A stretch of 64,000 nucleotides of DNA from Phoronis australis (Eukaryota > Animalia > Phoronida), in the NCBI GenBank assembly GCA_002633005.1, contig NMRA01000439.1, forward strand, positions 319,376-383,375, given 5' to 3'. The position numbers and the translations under genes were made by a program. How positions within the stretch are numbered: the first letter of the stretch is position 1; every line of letters starts with the position of its first letter. Shown one piece after another: positions 37,889 through 51,097 of the stretch. A model generated the notes under the pieces. It had not been told where the DNA came from. It made no database searches and saw only the letters and a list, made by a program, of their open reading frames with translations.

Positions 37889-40800
37889 AATACTCCATTA
37901 AATCGAAAACTGACCTACCTTAGAACACCTAAAATTGTATTGAATAACAATATCAGTCGAACAGGTGTTAAGTAGGTCGTTACTAGGAGGTACTTTTGTC
38001 TCATCTAATTTGATAGATGGCCAGTTTGAAGGAAGAGGAAGTAAACGCGAGCCCTGTCGTAGTGATAGGAATGGACGCTTGTTAACGCTTGTTAATTAAG
38101 ATTTGGACACATATATCCATCACATGATCAATCCAAGTCATATGGTACATCCCATGCTGTGGTAAACATAACCAAAGGGGTGACCAAAGACTTTGCTCAA
38201 TTGAGTGTTTCACCAACGACGGGGTAAGAAGTAATTTAATTGGTGTTATTTGGATCTCGTTGGCAATCCGTGGGGGGAATTTCGTTAAATAAGACAGGGA
38301 CAGATGGAAATGGTTGGTTAGAGTTATCATCCAATATATACAACTTCATAGTTGACTGGCTAATAACCCATCAACCACAAACTTTTTATATATCTTGGTT
38401 GAATTTGATACAACGGACTATGGAAAATATGTTAAATATATTTTGTTCAAAAGTGGAGAACTACCGTACAAATAACCCACCTGATGCGCATGCTCACACC
38501 CAGCCTGACGTCAAATTACTTCTTTGTGGGACGTCAAGCCTCTATCAGAATACCTGGACCTTACTTTACATATAGATATTCATTGTTCAATCAAAGATGA
38601 GGCCAACCGGTGTATTCAAACCAACTGATCATAAAAAGATGCTTTTATAACCCGAGTAACGCAATGCTGATGGTAGGCCTTCACTATGCCAACTACTCAC
38701 GATGTCACTCGCGCAAAACGCTTTGTTTGCACTGTAAAAAATCTAAGCAGGTGGTTTCGTTTTCGAGTGCTTCACCAGATTGTAAGACCTATGCTAGGCT
38801 GGGTGCGAGACAAGTTACCCCCTCTGTTACAAGGCCATATATACGGGAGAGTGGTTCTGTGAAAGGATGATGAGGAGAACTTGCGGCAGAAATTCGTGTG
38901 TGTGGGCATTTGTGCGCATGCCTCAATTTAGACGTTTCTCATAAACATGTGGTAAGTGAATGAGCCGGAAAGTATAATGAATCGTTTTGTTGTTTACTTG
39001 GCCCATAGATTTAGTATATCAAAAGCACTGATGTGGAATGTATCTATGTAGTCTTATCTTGCTTTAGCGTTAGCCGCAAGCCACAAGCCACAAAGACGTA
39101 TCTCAATAAATGAAGTTGAGCAATATCCTTCTTCATCATTCTCAACATCAACCAATCAAAGTGTTTGAATGTTATTTTCCAACTAATCGGAATGTCCGAA
39201 TGTTAATGAATGAGATGGCATGTTATTCATGGTCCTTTTACAACTACCCTCGTAGACTAGGGAAGAGTGTAGCTTGCGGTATGTCCTATTCAGTAAATTA
39301 TAAAAGGTGGTTCACAAATTGATGCACTTCTATGTTTTTATTTCTACACTTAAAGAAACAAGTGATTTACATAAAACACCATCGATGTTTCGCTAACGCG
39401 TACTGTGGTTCATCCCGTCCACATACCTCTTGTTGATCGAAGTCGATAGGTTTGGCAACGCTTCTGACAAACGAACGGCACAAAACTTTAAACCAATCAC
39501 AGGACGCACATGTTGCTTTTTTCACTTGATGGGAAACTGGATGTGTGCATGCGCATAGGGGTTTCTTTCCGGTGATTGATCTATGGAATTCTAGCCGTAT
39601 TGCCTAGAAACGAAGATGCCATTCGTATTTATTGGTTATTTCCCCATTTAACGAGCACGATTTTAAGCCTGTCCTAATTAAGGAAATAAACTGAATTTTT
39701 AGCAACCAAACTGGTTTAATCAGTGAAATCTCGCCTGCTCAGCAGCCATATTGAACCGATATTGTAATACGTTCTGTTACACCTCATAGTCTCACGTCGA
39801 GAGGCTGATGAGAGTCGGTGTCTGTGGTGAATGCTATCGTGGTCAGCAGTTGGCGACCCTGTAGACCTGGGGTGCGTTCCGTAGACGCACGACACAAGAT
39901 CTTTCAAAATCATGCGAGTGAAATTAGGAGAGTTTTTCGGGAGCACGCCAGGGACATCATTACTGGCATACACTAGCAAAATGGAGGCCGCTAAAGTGAT
40001 TAGTCGGCTTGGATAGAATGAGGAATTATGGGACAGAATTTCGCGTCACAGTTCAATAGACAGATTTCACGCCGCAAGTGCCTCACAAATACCTCACGTC
40101 TACAAAACGCATCCCACGTAGTAATCAGGCTTGACAGTATTTTACTTACTTCAGTGCATTGCTTTAGTAAAACTGTCTCTTCTGTCGCAGTATTCACCAC
40201 ATTGTTGCTTCGCATTACCAAAGAATCGGTTGCGGTGTTCGGCCGATAATTCCGTGACCACTGGAAATTAACCCTTGGAGATCGCCACGCCACTCATCCG
40301 AAAGCCGCGGTGATGCCAAATGATGTCCTTCAACGATGATAAATGTTATCTAATTTAATGAAATAAGAATGGGTCGATTTCACGATCAATAACTCGACCC
40401 GTACAAGTGCGCAGGTCTACATTGTACAGTGTGTCCCAAAAATGTTCACAAAGATAGACAAGTGTAAAATATGAGCACCAGGATACAGCTTTACTGAGAA
40501 TCAATGATGTTTTTCTTATTCCAGGAACCCTAAAATTTGTGTTGCAGTTCGTGAAAGGGGCTCGGTTGAATCATTTTGCAGAAATATTGAAATTCAAGTT
40601 TTGGTACCATGCTCCAGAGCAGACATCGAGGACTTTTAACAGAGCGGAGTTTGAACATAGGATGAAGTTGTTGAACGAGAAGTCCATCTTTCTCACCCGC
40701 AATGTCCCATTAATAGTTTGCGAGACACCGTATACCTTAAGTTCTTCCAATTTCGTCAAAAAATTAAGTAGTCTGATAATTGCGCTTGGCCTATACGCGA

Positions 40801-41445
40801 TTGAATATTTGTGTGCCCAGCACCCAGTAACTGTAGGATGGTAACCTGACATCCAAAGAAAAAAATAATTTCCGAAAATAGAAATTCTTTTTCATCCTTC
40901 GTCTACTAACATTAAATAGCGAATGGGGCGCTTGGGGAGCCCAGAAATTTTTTGGGGGACTAATAAAATTGTGGAGACACGTTCCCCGTCGATACTCGGG
41001 CTGCGTTTAGTAGGCGGGAAAAACTCGCAAAAACCAAGATCTTACAAGACCACACAAAATCCCACTAGTGCAGGCAAATGTTTTGCGAGTTTGCTCAAGA
41101 CTTTGCTAGTGTACAAAAGCAAAATGGCTTCCACTGAGGTGATTGATCTTTGTGGTTGGACTGTTGTGCACTGAAGACCGCTGAAGAGCACGTCCCACTT
41201 ACCCCCAAAACATGGAAATTGTAGAAATGGTTGATAAACTCTAACACACTGGTCTAAAAACGTAAGCCATGATAGCAATTAGTTTCTAACCATCAAAACG
41301 AATGGAAAGACCACCTACTAGTGTTAGAAAGCAGCTCAGATTTGGAAGGTCTGCTTAACCCCGTACAGATGGAATGCTTTTTGACACTACTGCAAGCAGC
41401 GCTTGCTATCTAATCGTGTGACTGGCGTACTGGCAGCGGGTGCTA

Positions 41446-41595
41446 GCGTGCGTTCAGTAACCGTAGGACCTACGCTAGGACCTAGCTAAAATCTAGCCAA
41501 AGTCACGCGTTCTCATTTAAAATACACGGCAATATCTCACGTAATCTCGCGAAGTCTTGCTTTTAAGCGAAGTCCTAGCGTTACTGAACAGGAGG
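41446..41595. mobile_element. MITE of the same family as the 9030 dimer; partial inverted copy at ~42190-42311
   Basis: GCGTGCGTTCAGTAACCGTAGGACCT...AGTCCTAGCGTTACTGAACAGGAGG, with a near-identical internal sequence. Confidence 0.85.
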
Positions 41596-44500
41596 CAATA
41601 TAGCAAAAGTGACGCTGTACCCATTGATGTTGCACATTCTGCATTGTTAAAATGCCAGTATCAATTCGCCCTCCCCCGCCTCAAAGACGAATAGTGAAAA
41701 ATTCATTAGATTAACCCTTGTAGGTTAGTTCTTCAAACTTGTCAGCGCCATAGGAAAATCAATAACGCAACTGCAACTGCCGCTGCTATGAATACAAAAG
41801 TGGCAAAAAGATGGTTAATGTTTTTTGTAAAAGAATGGCAGTTTGTTATCACAGTGACAAGCACCACTTGTAAATTAATAAATTGGAATCTTGAGTTGTG
41901 ACTGTTGAACATCTCGCCCACTTCATGACGACTTGTTTTCTTCCGCTACTTTTGCAAAAGAAAAGTTCTTTAAAGTTTGTTTCCACTTTGGGGATTACTT
42001 TGCGTATCCAGGGTAAAAACTACAGCTCCTTTGTATGTATCTATCACATTCAAAAATCGTTTAATTGGAATTTTGTTCACGTCATTCCGCAACTTTAAAA
42101 AGTGAATTTTGCAGAATGTTATGTATGCAGACTTTTGGGTGAGATCCTGGTACAGCACGTCAGCATTCTTGACGCAAAACTCCAGGGTAGAGTTTAGTAA
42201 CGTTAGGATCTACGCTAGGACCTCGCTAAAAAGCAAGATTTTGAGAGATTAGGTGAGATATTTCCGTGTATTTCAAATAAGAAGACGTGATTTTGGCTAG
42301 ATTTTTCTAGCCGCGAGACAGCTAGTGAACTGTACCCGGGCAATAATATACAACAGGAAAACCATAGCAATGGCTTCCACTTCCGGTCACGCACTGCCAA
42401 GGTCCCAGTTCTACCCAACACCACAATACAATCCTCATTTCAATAAGGGTCGAGTTGAGACAAAATTTATCGCGGAAAGTGATTTAAATCGAAAATTAGT
42501 TTCCTTGTAGGCCGATGGCAAGCCTGTAGCCACTGAAGCGAAATTAAGCTTAATTAGAAGTAATTTCCAACATTATCTATTTTGGATAGTTAAAACACAA
42601 GTTCCAAAATTGCTAAAAATTTGCATACGAAAGCACATTTTACGGTGCTTGTCATTATGAATTTTACTTGACTAAAAAACTATGTCTTATAAGACCAACA
42701 GCGAACATTGTATTAACTACCAAACTATTTATTTAACAGTGATAGCTTTTGTATTTTTAATGTATGGTCGTTCGAGACAATTTTGGCACACAACAAAATG
42801 TATACGCGTGCCACCAGTGTCTACACATCCCCCAAGAACAAATTTTCATTATGATTGAAGCACAGCACGAAGGCTTTTTGTTTTAAAAAAACATTTTGGA
42901 AATGTGATTAACTCGAGCAAATAGAAGCTCGTTTGCGTTACTTACGCAACGTCAATCATTTAGCGCGGTACATTTGCATGGCTTCGCCTTTGTCGTCTAT
43001 AACCTCCCATTTGTTTTGCGGGGAGACTCCTCCAGTCCAATGGGCAGCTGTTCATGTTGAAGTGCAACTTAAAATCGTACTTTTCAAACAGGATATAGAA
43101 CTTGAACATAACAGACATAACGAAAAGAGCACGCCAAAGTGGAATAAACGTAAGTAACTTGTGTAGGTATCCTCACCAAATTGCAGAAGGTATGTGTGAT
43201 TACGTCATACTCAATATTTGGCCGGGGGTGGTCAAAACTCGCACCAGGGGCAAACTCACTCCTTGTAGTTAGCAGATTCGCGCGTGAACTCAGTAATAGA
43301 TCTATTGTGCGTTTGGTCAGTCAATGCGCAGTGAAATTGTGGGAAAATAAAGTTGAACGACATCTTGACTGATGTCGTTTCAACATCTTCGATTATTTTG
43401 AAACAAATACTGACACGGCTGTTATTAATCAATTACGTCTAAAAGCACAAGCCATTTTACCTTGAAAGGCTTCCGGCACAACAACAAACATTTTTTAGTC
43501 TTCTCCACGCGTCAGCTTCAGATTGCCTACGTCTGCCGACGGCTTCTCTTGCATCGAAGGTCACATAAAACTAGAACCCGCCTCAAAAACCCGCAATCAA
43601 TTTTAAAATCAGTGGGCTCTGAACTGTAAAAGATTTCGTGTGTACTTTTATCTGGCAATTTTATTTTAACTTTTTTCCACCTCATCTCTAGGTGAATTTT
43701 CCAATGTAAAATGTTCCCGCCTTTAAAATTGCAGATTTTGGTGATTTAGTGAAATGAAAAATGTTAAAATTTTGAGATCGAGTACAATGTGTCTTTATTG
43801 AAAAAAATATTGTCTCAGGAATTTATAAAAACATATTCAAATATTGTTGGTCCAATTACACAATTAAAACAGACCAAAATAGCATTAAAATAAGCTTTTT
43901 TAAAATCACATCGTCAACTAATGGTAGAATATAAACTATTTTAAATTACCTGGACCGTTTTGATGTTCACACCATAGACCGCCAACTTCGTATGTTTTCA
44001 TTGGAAGAGATCTGTCGACTTTTTCCAGATATATTCAACCTACTTCACAATTGAGACACACTACAGGACCACAGAAAGCTGCCAATTCAACAAACAAATT
44101 CAATTTCGTCAAACTGCGGTCCACTCGTCCAACAACTATTTCCTCCCCTGGCCTGCTACGACTTTTCTTTACATCAGAGAAATAGTCATTTACAATCAAC
44201 ATTTGAAACATGTTGTCAAAGCCTACGATTACAAGATGCCTATTCAATCCGACAATAATCTCAAAACTGCGTTTTCGTCAGTAAAAGCGATACTGTCCCC
44301 TTCAAAGCACGGAAGTATAATTAACGTTGTTTTATATTGATCGATTACATCATGTTCAGTGCTAGCTGAGAATACTGGCATCTTTAATTTCAGACTGTTT
44401 TCAACACATTCTCCTTTCAAATGACTGCAGGAAAAAACGAACAAATCAACTGTTTAATACGATATTACCCATACGATTCCGTCATAAGCAATGCAGGCTG

Positions 44501-44617
44501 TGGTCTATCCTATGTACATATAGATAAACCACTGCCAGCACTTTTGGAACATGTAGTTGTCTCCCCTATAAACATGTCAGATTGACCATTACCTGGACAC
44601 ACTTTGCGATGAACGTG

Positions 44618-44720
44618 NNNNNNNNNNNNNNNNNNNNNNNNNNNNNNNNNNNNNNNNNNNNNNNNNNNNNNNNNNNNNNNNNNNNNNNNNNNNNNNNNNN
44701 NNNNNNNNNNNNNNNNNNNN
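44618..44720. other. Scaffold gap (103 N)
   Basis: Run of N. Confidence 1.
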
Positions 44721-46462
44721 GAACACATAACTGATTGAGTTTTGACCTGGGATACCTTATTTTACAATGAACAGGGGGAGTCGTGGCTCACTTGTGCCCC
44801 TCCCCTTGGCTACGCCAGTGCCAGCATTGTGCAGTTTGTCCCAGAATTCCGACCTTTTCCTAGTGTCTCATTGGCGGGCGAGCTCGAGACGGGAGAGTGG
44901 GCCAGTTGCTCCCACGCGCCAGGAGAAGGGTGCTGGTGCGGGAAATAGGAAATAGGTGGTGTCCCGTAGTGAGGGGGTCAAAGCTACGACCGGGGTGACA
45001 TCATTATATTCTGCCCCAGTGAAAACAATCAATTTGCCAGGTATAAAAATTCTTAGCTGCTGTTTTTTCTGACACCAAAAGTGATTTTAAACAAAATGGA
45101 GAAAAAAGCTTTGTGTTTAATTCATAAACCCTCGGTTATCCGTATTTGCTTTGAATATTACTAATCCAAGCATTCTTCTCATTTGCTTACATGAAATATT
45201 ATCAAAATCGAGATGTTTTTACACATGAGTAACCCATTACCACCAGATTACTGTGGCTTTTCTGACCAAAGTCATCAACGCGACGAGGGCCTCAGCGCGA
45301 AGGCCATATTTCAAACATTCAACCGAGTAGGACACATGCACCGTCTTACAGTGGCCCAATACGGTGACCTAAAGATGACATCGCACGTTTTTTTAATTAT
45401 CTCAAGATCATTAAAAAGGAAACGCGCGATGTCTTCTTTGGACCACCGTACTAAACTTTCTAAAACATTAAAAAGTCCGTGTGACAAGACTGAACGCGAA
45501 AATGTAAGTCAAATTAACACTGTTACGTATTAAGCAAAGAAAGCCAACCTCACACGTTCACGTTCGCGTTTGACATGCAGCCGAACCTCTCTAACAGACT
45601 TATGGAAAGCAGTCTAGTATTAGCAAGTGTGAGAGATTATGACTATTATTCAGACACTGCAAAATTTCAAGATAATGATTAAAAAACTAATTTCTTTCCC
45701 CTCTGTTTTAGCCAATTTGATACTACTATTTCTGTTTTTTCATTAAGTCAGGCATTTCACGAATTTTCCATTTTCTAGCGCAATCTTTAGCAATGTCTCT
45801 TGCGATTTCAACGCGTGCACGTAACATACATGTAACAAGAGTGATGTGGTAGTACTTTTTATTCCATACGCGTTGAATCTGTCGAGGGAAATAAGACCAT
45901 GTAATAAAGTTTTCCGTATTCACCTCCGGCACTACTTCAACAGTGACCTCTGACATGGAAAGTTCAAAAGGTAGGTCATATGTCGACTCGACGTCTTCGA
46001 CGGTTCGATACTCAAACTTTCCGAATATAGTTTAAAGTAATACAGTTGCAGCTGTGTAACTAACACTCGCCATGCAACCAGGCCCTAAACGTAAAATCTG
46101 GAACAAAACTGTTAATTACAGTATAAGACACTTATGTCTCAATTTTCAATTGCTGGATACTATATCGTCTGCAACTCAGGCGCCGATTCCTAGGAAACTA
46201 ATATATCAAATGTTGTTTTTTAAATAGTTCCAGGAGATGTTACAAGTTCAATGCACAGTTGCCGTTGTTTTCATCTTTGTTGCCTCTTTTTAAGAAATAA
46301 ATCGTTACTTTTAAAACTGTTTCTTTTACAAGAGAAAACTTGCAATCTAACGCGCAAGTATATACATATAGGATGTGATCCGCCATGTGAACAGTCTGGG
46401 AGAAGTATTTGAAAAATCTTCCGAAAAATGTAAGAAACCTAGGAATTCGAAGCGCATGGGTT

Positions 46463-46606
46463 AAATACAAAACGTACCTCGATTGGCGTACAAGAAGTAA
46501 TATCCCACTCGACCTTATTCCGCGTATCGACCTCGACCGATACGCGGAATAATGTCTCGTGGGATATTACTTCATGTAGGCCATTCTCGGCACGTTTTGT
46601 GTATTT
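46463..46606. repeat. ~140-bp imperfect palindrome
   Basis: Nested paired arms CAAAACGT/ACGTTTTG, GAAGTAATATCCCAC/GTGGGATATTACTTC and TTATTCCGCGTATCG/CGATACGCGGAATAA. Confidence 0.8.
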
Positions 46607-48529
46607 ATTTACTATTGACTAAACACCTGAAAAAGTGGCACTCCATAATTTTACAAGGTTGGGGTTATTTTATACACTGAGTTTTTGAAACCAAGAACAG
46701 TTGTAAAACAATAAGAGAATTAACAGCGTTGCCTAAATCCATTACAAATTACTCCAAATGAAGTCTCCAAATTTTATGACTGGAAAAACAACGGTTTCCA
46801 CAGAATATAAACAAAAGAAGAAGATGTCGCCAGTTTCAACCCCAAATCGTGATCTAAGCAGCAAAAAGCCGCATGAAGGCCCGCCTACGCTGCCTTTTTG
46901 GAAATGTACGCAGTGTGGACGTGTTCAGCAACATTTTGGAAACATCCGGAATTACATATTTTCGAAATGTGTCTAATAGTTAAAAATTCCTGTATTAGAA
47001 ACATGGGTCAGGAATGTTTTAAGTTGGATTTTAATCATCACAAGTCAACGTATGACTAACGGTCGCCCATGTAGATGATGTTTACCTCCGAGGGAATTTT
47101 GAAGCTACAAAAATATCCGAGGTGTTCCAGATGTTACAGGTTTTCAAGGCACCGTAATATTGCCGAAGACAGACACCACATAGAGCAGTTAGCAAAACGA
47201 ACAATCACAATGCCTTTCTAACATATCTATGCAAAGTTGTAGAACAATTCATGGCACTCCGTACAGCATGCTGGTTGATAATTTCCAAATGCGTCTCACA
47301 CGGGAGCTAAGCAAAATAGTGTCTTTGAGATTGAAGGCCATTAAAATAAACCTGACTCACAATTTGCACCTTCTTTCTTAATTTACAATTTCATCTTACC
47401 CTGGTGGCCACCAAAGCCACCCGCTAGTCCTTTTCAGTTTGCAATCCCCCATTGGCTGACCTGTTTTTCTAGCCCTTGTCTCCAACCTTGAGCTGGGCCT
47501 ACTCTCCAAGGTCGTAAGGGCTTAACCCGCCAAAGCAGCTATCTATTTGCTCAACAAACCAAATCATAAGGATATGCACACACCTCACTATCTAATAAGT
47601 TTCATCCATGAGCCCATTTATAAACGTTACGTTACCTCGTTCCTAATGCAGCCCCACGCGAATGGCCATTCAAGGCATGGATGCCTTAGCTTCGCTAGAA
47701 AGGCAAATAATATGCACAATTATTGATTTCGAGAACTTAAAGTATGAAACCACTCGCAAGTTCTTACATCACTCTTAAGCGTTTTCACTTTCGAGTCAAC
47801 GAACCGTATGCTATTTTTACGGTTCTTGTAATTGTCATTTCTGGTTGTGGGGAAAGTTTATTTTCGAATTCAGTAAACAGCTTCTGTCTGTTGAAGTTAA
47901 GATTTTTTTTTTAAATTGCATTCAATCACAAATGCGAGTCTGAAACACGTAAGGATTTATTGATTCATGTTGAGTTATACACCGTAAAACGACTCACTCT
48001 CAGTTTAGTACGTAACGTGGACGTAATCTGATGTCCAAAATTTGGTTGATGTGTTGGGAGTTCGTGAATTCTTGTGGTCGTAGAATACAAGATATCTACT
48101 TCGGTGTGTAAGGTGCGCGTGAAAACTGTGCAGTCAAATCGTCTTACCAGCATTTGTTTTGCGACGGTCGTCCAGTCTAGATCTTAAACTGTTGCTAAAT
48201 GACCTGATAACTCATGTCACAAGCGTCGCAATTTAGGGCTGGTCAACTCCAATAGACTGTGAAGCGTATTCTTTAGTCAATCAATGATTATAACGTTCTT
48301 GTTGTTAATGGAAATAGACTCCTATCAAGGTAAGAACTATTAAGAGACCGATTATGTGAAAGTAAAGAGCCGTTTTTATTCAGCTAAGCTGAAATGTAAG
48401 AACAGAAAATTAAATGACCTGCAAGACAAGTCACTTTCTAACTATGCAATTAGCTTTTGTGAAATATTTGTGGTGATATGAATTTATTTGAATCCGACTG
48501 ACTACAGTACAAGCGTGTCAAGGTCTTCT

Positions 48530-48553
48530 TGTGTGTGTGTGTGTGTGTGTGTG
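48530..48553. repeat. (TG)n microsatellite
   Basis: About 12 TG units. Confidence 0.9.
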
Positions 48554-50682
48554 TTGTGCGGGGGTGGGCGCGAAGAAAATGTTAGAGCCACCGTCGTCCC
48601 CAACCGCCCCACTCAACACCCCCATTCCCTTTCCGGTCACAGCCAATACCTCCGTCGACACCATTTTGGCTCCCATATAGTCACTACCACTTTCAACACA
48701 CTGCCCGCCCCCTGTCGACATTACTTCCTCCCAGTCGCCGCCACCGTCACTTCGGCGACTTCTTCCTTTTCGGATCATCGTTTTATTAGGACCCGTTTCC
48801 TACACAAATGGCCTGTGACTATTGTGAAATAATTTTGTGAAATAGAGTTTTAACCTCCAAACTCGGGTCCAGCTACATTAAAGCGGCTACAAACTGCATT
48901 CAACCTAAAGGTCGAACTAATTTGACTTAGACTGGTTACCACTATAAACTTGGTCTCGACTTGAAGTGCATGATTTTGGGTTGACGTGGGACTGACAATT
49001 CACACCGTGACAAGTCAACTTGTAAAACCTGTCTCAAGCAATAACGGCCTGACTGTTCTTCAGAAGTGCTGAAATCACCTCCTATTTGACAAGGGATTAA
49101 TTTGAGATTATGTGAGTTCTAAATTATTTTTTTGTTAATTTTTTGTGACGAAAGGTGTATTTTTAGCCGCGTTAAGCTTCCAACAAATGGGGGATTGATG
49201 GTAATTTTGTTGATAACGATTGTTGCCCAAATGACATTCGGAACCCCTCGTGTGTTTTCGTAACCTCAAATTATCACTCATAGGAGGGGTTTCATATCTG
49301 CGTATGTGCGAATTTCAATCACAACACCGTAGGGATTCGGTCACTGAAGAGATGGTTAAGAATCATGTATTGTTAGCCTTTTACAGTTTCAACAAAAATT
49401 GAAGAGTATAAATTTTGTCCTTACAAATTTCTCCTAGATATTTATAAGGTTTCATTTTTTAGTAAAACGTGAGTATTTTTACCTATGTACATTTATTTCA
49501 AAATGGCGTCTATATCCAGGCATGGGTGGGCAGCCCCGGATGAGCACGACTGTCATATATCGGTTGTTGCAGTGCATGAACTTTATTTGACCTTTGACGT
49601 GCACAGGTGGGAAACACTCGCAGATAAACGGCTAGGGCTAGTATGAGTAGCTGCCGTGTCGTTATCAAATGGGCCGAGATGAGCTATGATAACAACCAGC
49701 GACGCACTTGTCTTTACACAGGGTCATTAATCCGTTTCGTGATAGTGCGCAACATTCACTCAACTGTTAGGTCAGGCTGAAATAGATGACATATTCTCGC
49801 ACAAATGCTGAACCCTTAAAGTTCTCGAAGACATTCGGTGATATTCAATCTCTTCTTGGTAAGCCGTTTCTTCAACTGATTACTATGATACTTTGGGTGC
49901 ATTTTTTTCTCTGCGATACAGCTTTTCTTACTGTAGTTTAAATTACGCTGAAGATATGGCAGCAGTCCAAGATAAGTTAGGTATAACCAAACGAGTGGGA
50001 CTGATTTGACGTTTTTGGAAAAACTATGTAATTAATGATCTGACGTGAATAATATGAACATGACGATTTAGGTCCATATTTACAGTTGCTTCCTACATGC
50101 CGTTTTTAGAGCTATCCCCTTTCGTTATTGCGTTTCGAAACTCTTTTAAGGGCAAGGAGTGACTATGACTGTTCGCCGAAGTCCACGGCGCATAGCAACA
50201 CTTTCTGAACGATTTCAAGCCTTCGTTCAAGTTCAATTGTAGACCTCGAGCCCGCGAGATCTTTAAATGTAATGCGTACGCTGGGATCTGCTTTTAAGAA
50301 ACGAACTATGCAACTTTTGAATTTTCCACAAAAATTATAGAGGTCCGACTTTTTTGTAGCCCCCTATGCAAAAGGGGCACATTTTAAAAACAATTCCTAA
50401 AAGATAGTCAGAGAACAGTGCATGTAGTATGGTTTTTGAAAGTTTCATATGATACCGATCAGACCTTTTTGAAATACGATGTTTCAGAGTTAGTCAAATT
50501 TTGACCTCACATGTAACTGTCCACCCCCGGATGTAATATCTAACTAATAGCCACATGAGTCACTTTTGACTTTATCTTTATGTTCACGGGGCACAAGGCT
50601 TGCCTTGCTTTTCAACACAGATAAGCAATTGCTGTTCCGATGACGGATTCTCTCATTTAATCAATACATTTGATGTATTCAT

Positions 50683-50833
50683 CATGGGCGGCGCACCATA
50701 GGGGGCTGGGGGGGGGGAGTGTTATAGCCCCTCCACTTTTGTCAGTGTTCCGGTGCCCATGGACTATGCGCCTTGCACCACAGTGGGGCTGGGGACTATA
50801 GCCCCCACTTTATTCAGTGCTGCGCCGCCCATG
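50683..50833. mobile_element. hAT5-like MITE with 5-bp TSD TTCAT
   Basis: Perfect 13-bp TIR CATGGGCGGCGCA/TGCGCCGCCCATG, flanked by TTCAT on both sides. Confidence 0.85.
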
Positions 50834-50915
50834 TTCATACTGCAGAGACTATTAAAGTGATCTGGTGACGATGCATGGATTTATCGAATGAAATTCAAAA
50901 TCGTTGTCTGCTACG

Positions 50916-51091
50916 TCAGTTTTGCAACCTAAGAAGTTCAGTCAAAGTCATTATCGAAAGTTATTCGATAGCAACTTTAAAGATTGGTAAGTCATTACAC
51001 ACTGTCGTGATAGTGTTTTTCCTCTTGCCAATGTTTATGACGTGTTCGAGATTTAAATGGAATATTTTTGATGTTTTAAAATTTGTTTTAG
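50916..51091 (+). promoter_or_regulatory. Putative Inr/TSS, non-coding exon and 105-nt 5'UTR intron of the TRIM-NHL gene
   Basis: Inr-like TCAGTT at 50916, donor G|GTAAGT at 50987, and acceptor TTTGTTTTAG ending at 51091, 6 nt before the ATG. Confidence 0.5.
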
Positions 51092-51097
51092 GCAATA

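Noticed and set aside
44510-44617. FIGET as a GIY-YIG YIG motif
   Set aside because: It lacks the upstream VVY..C..C motif and the downstream R..EH, and the segment more likely lies in an intron.
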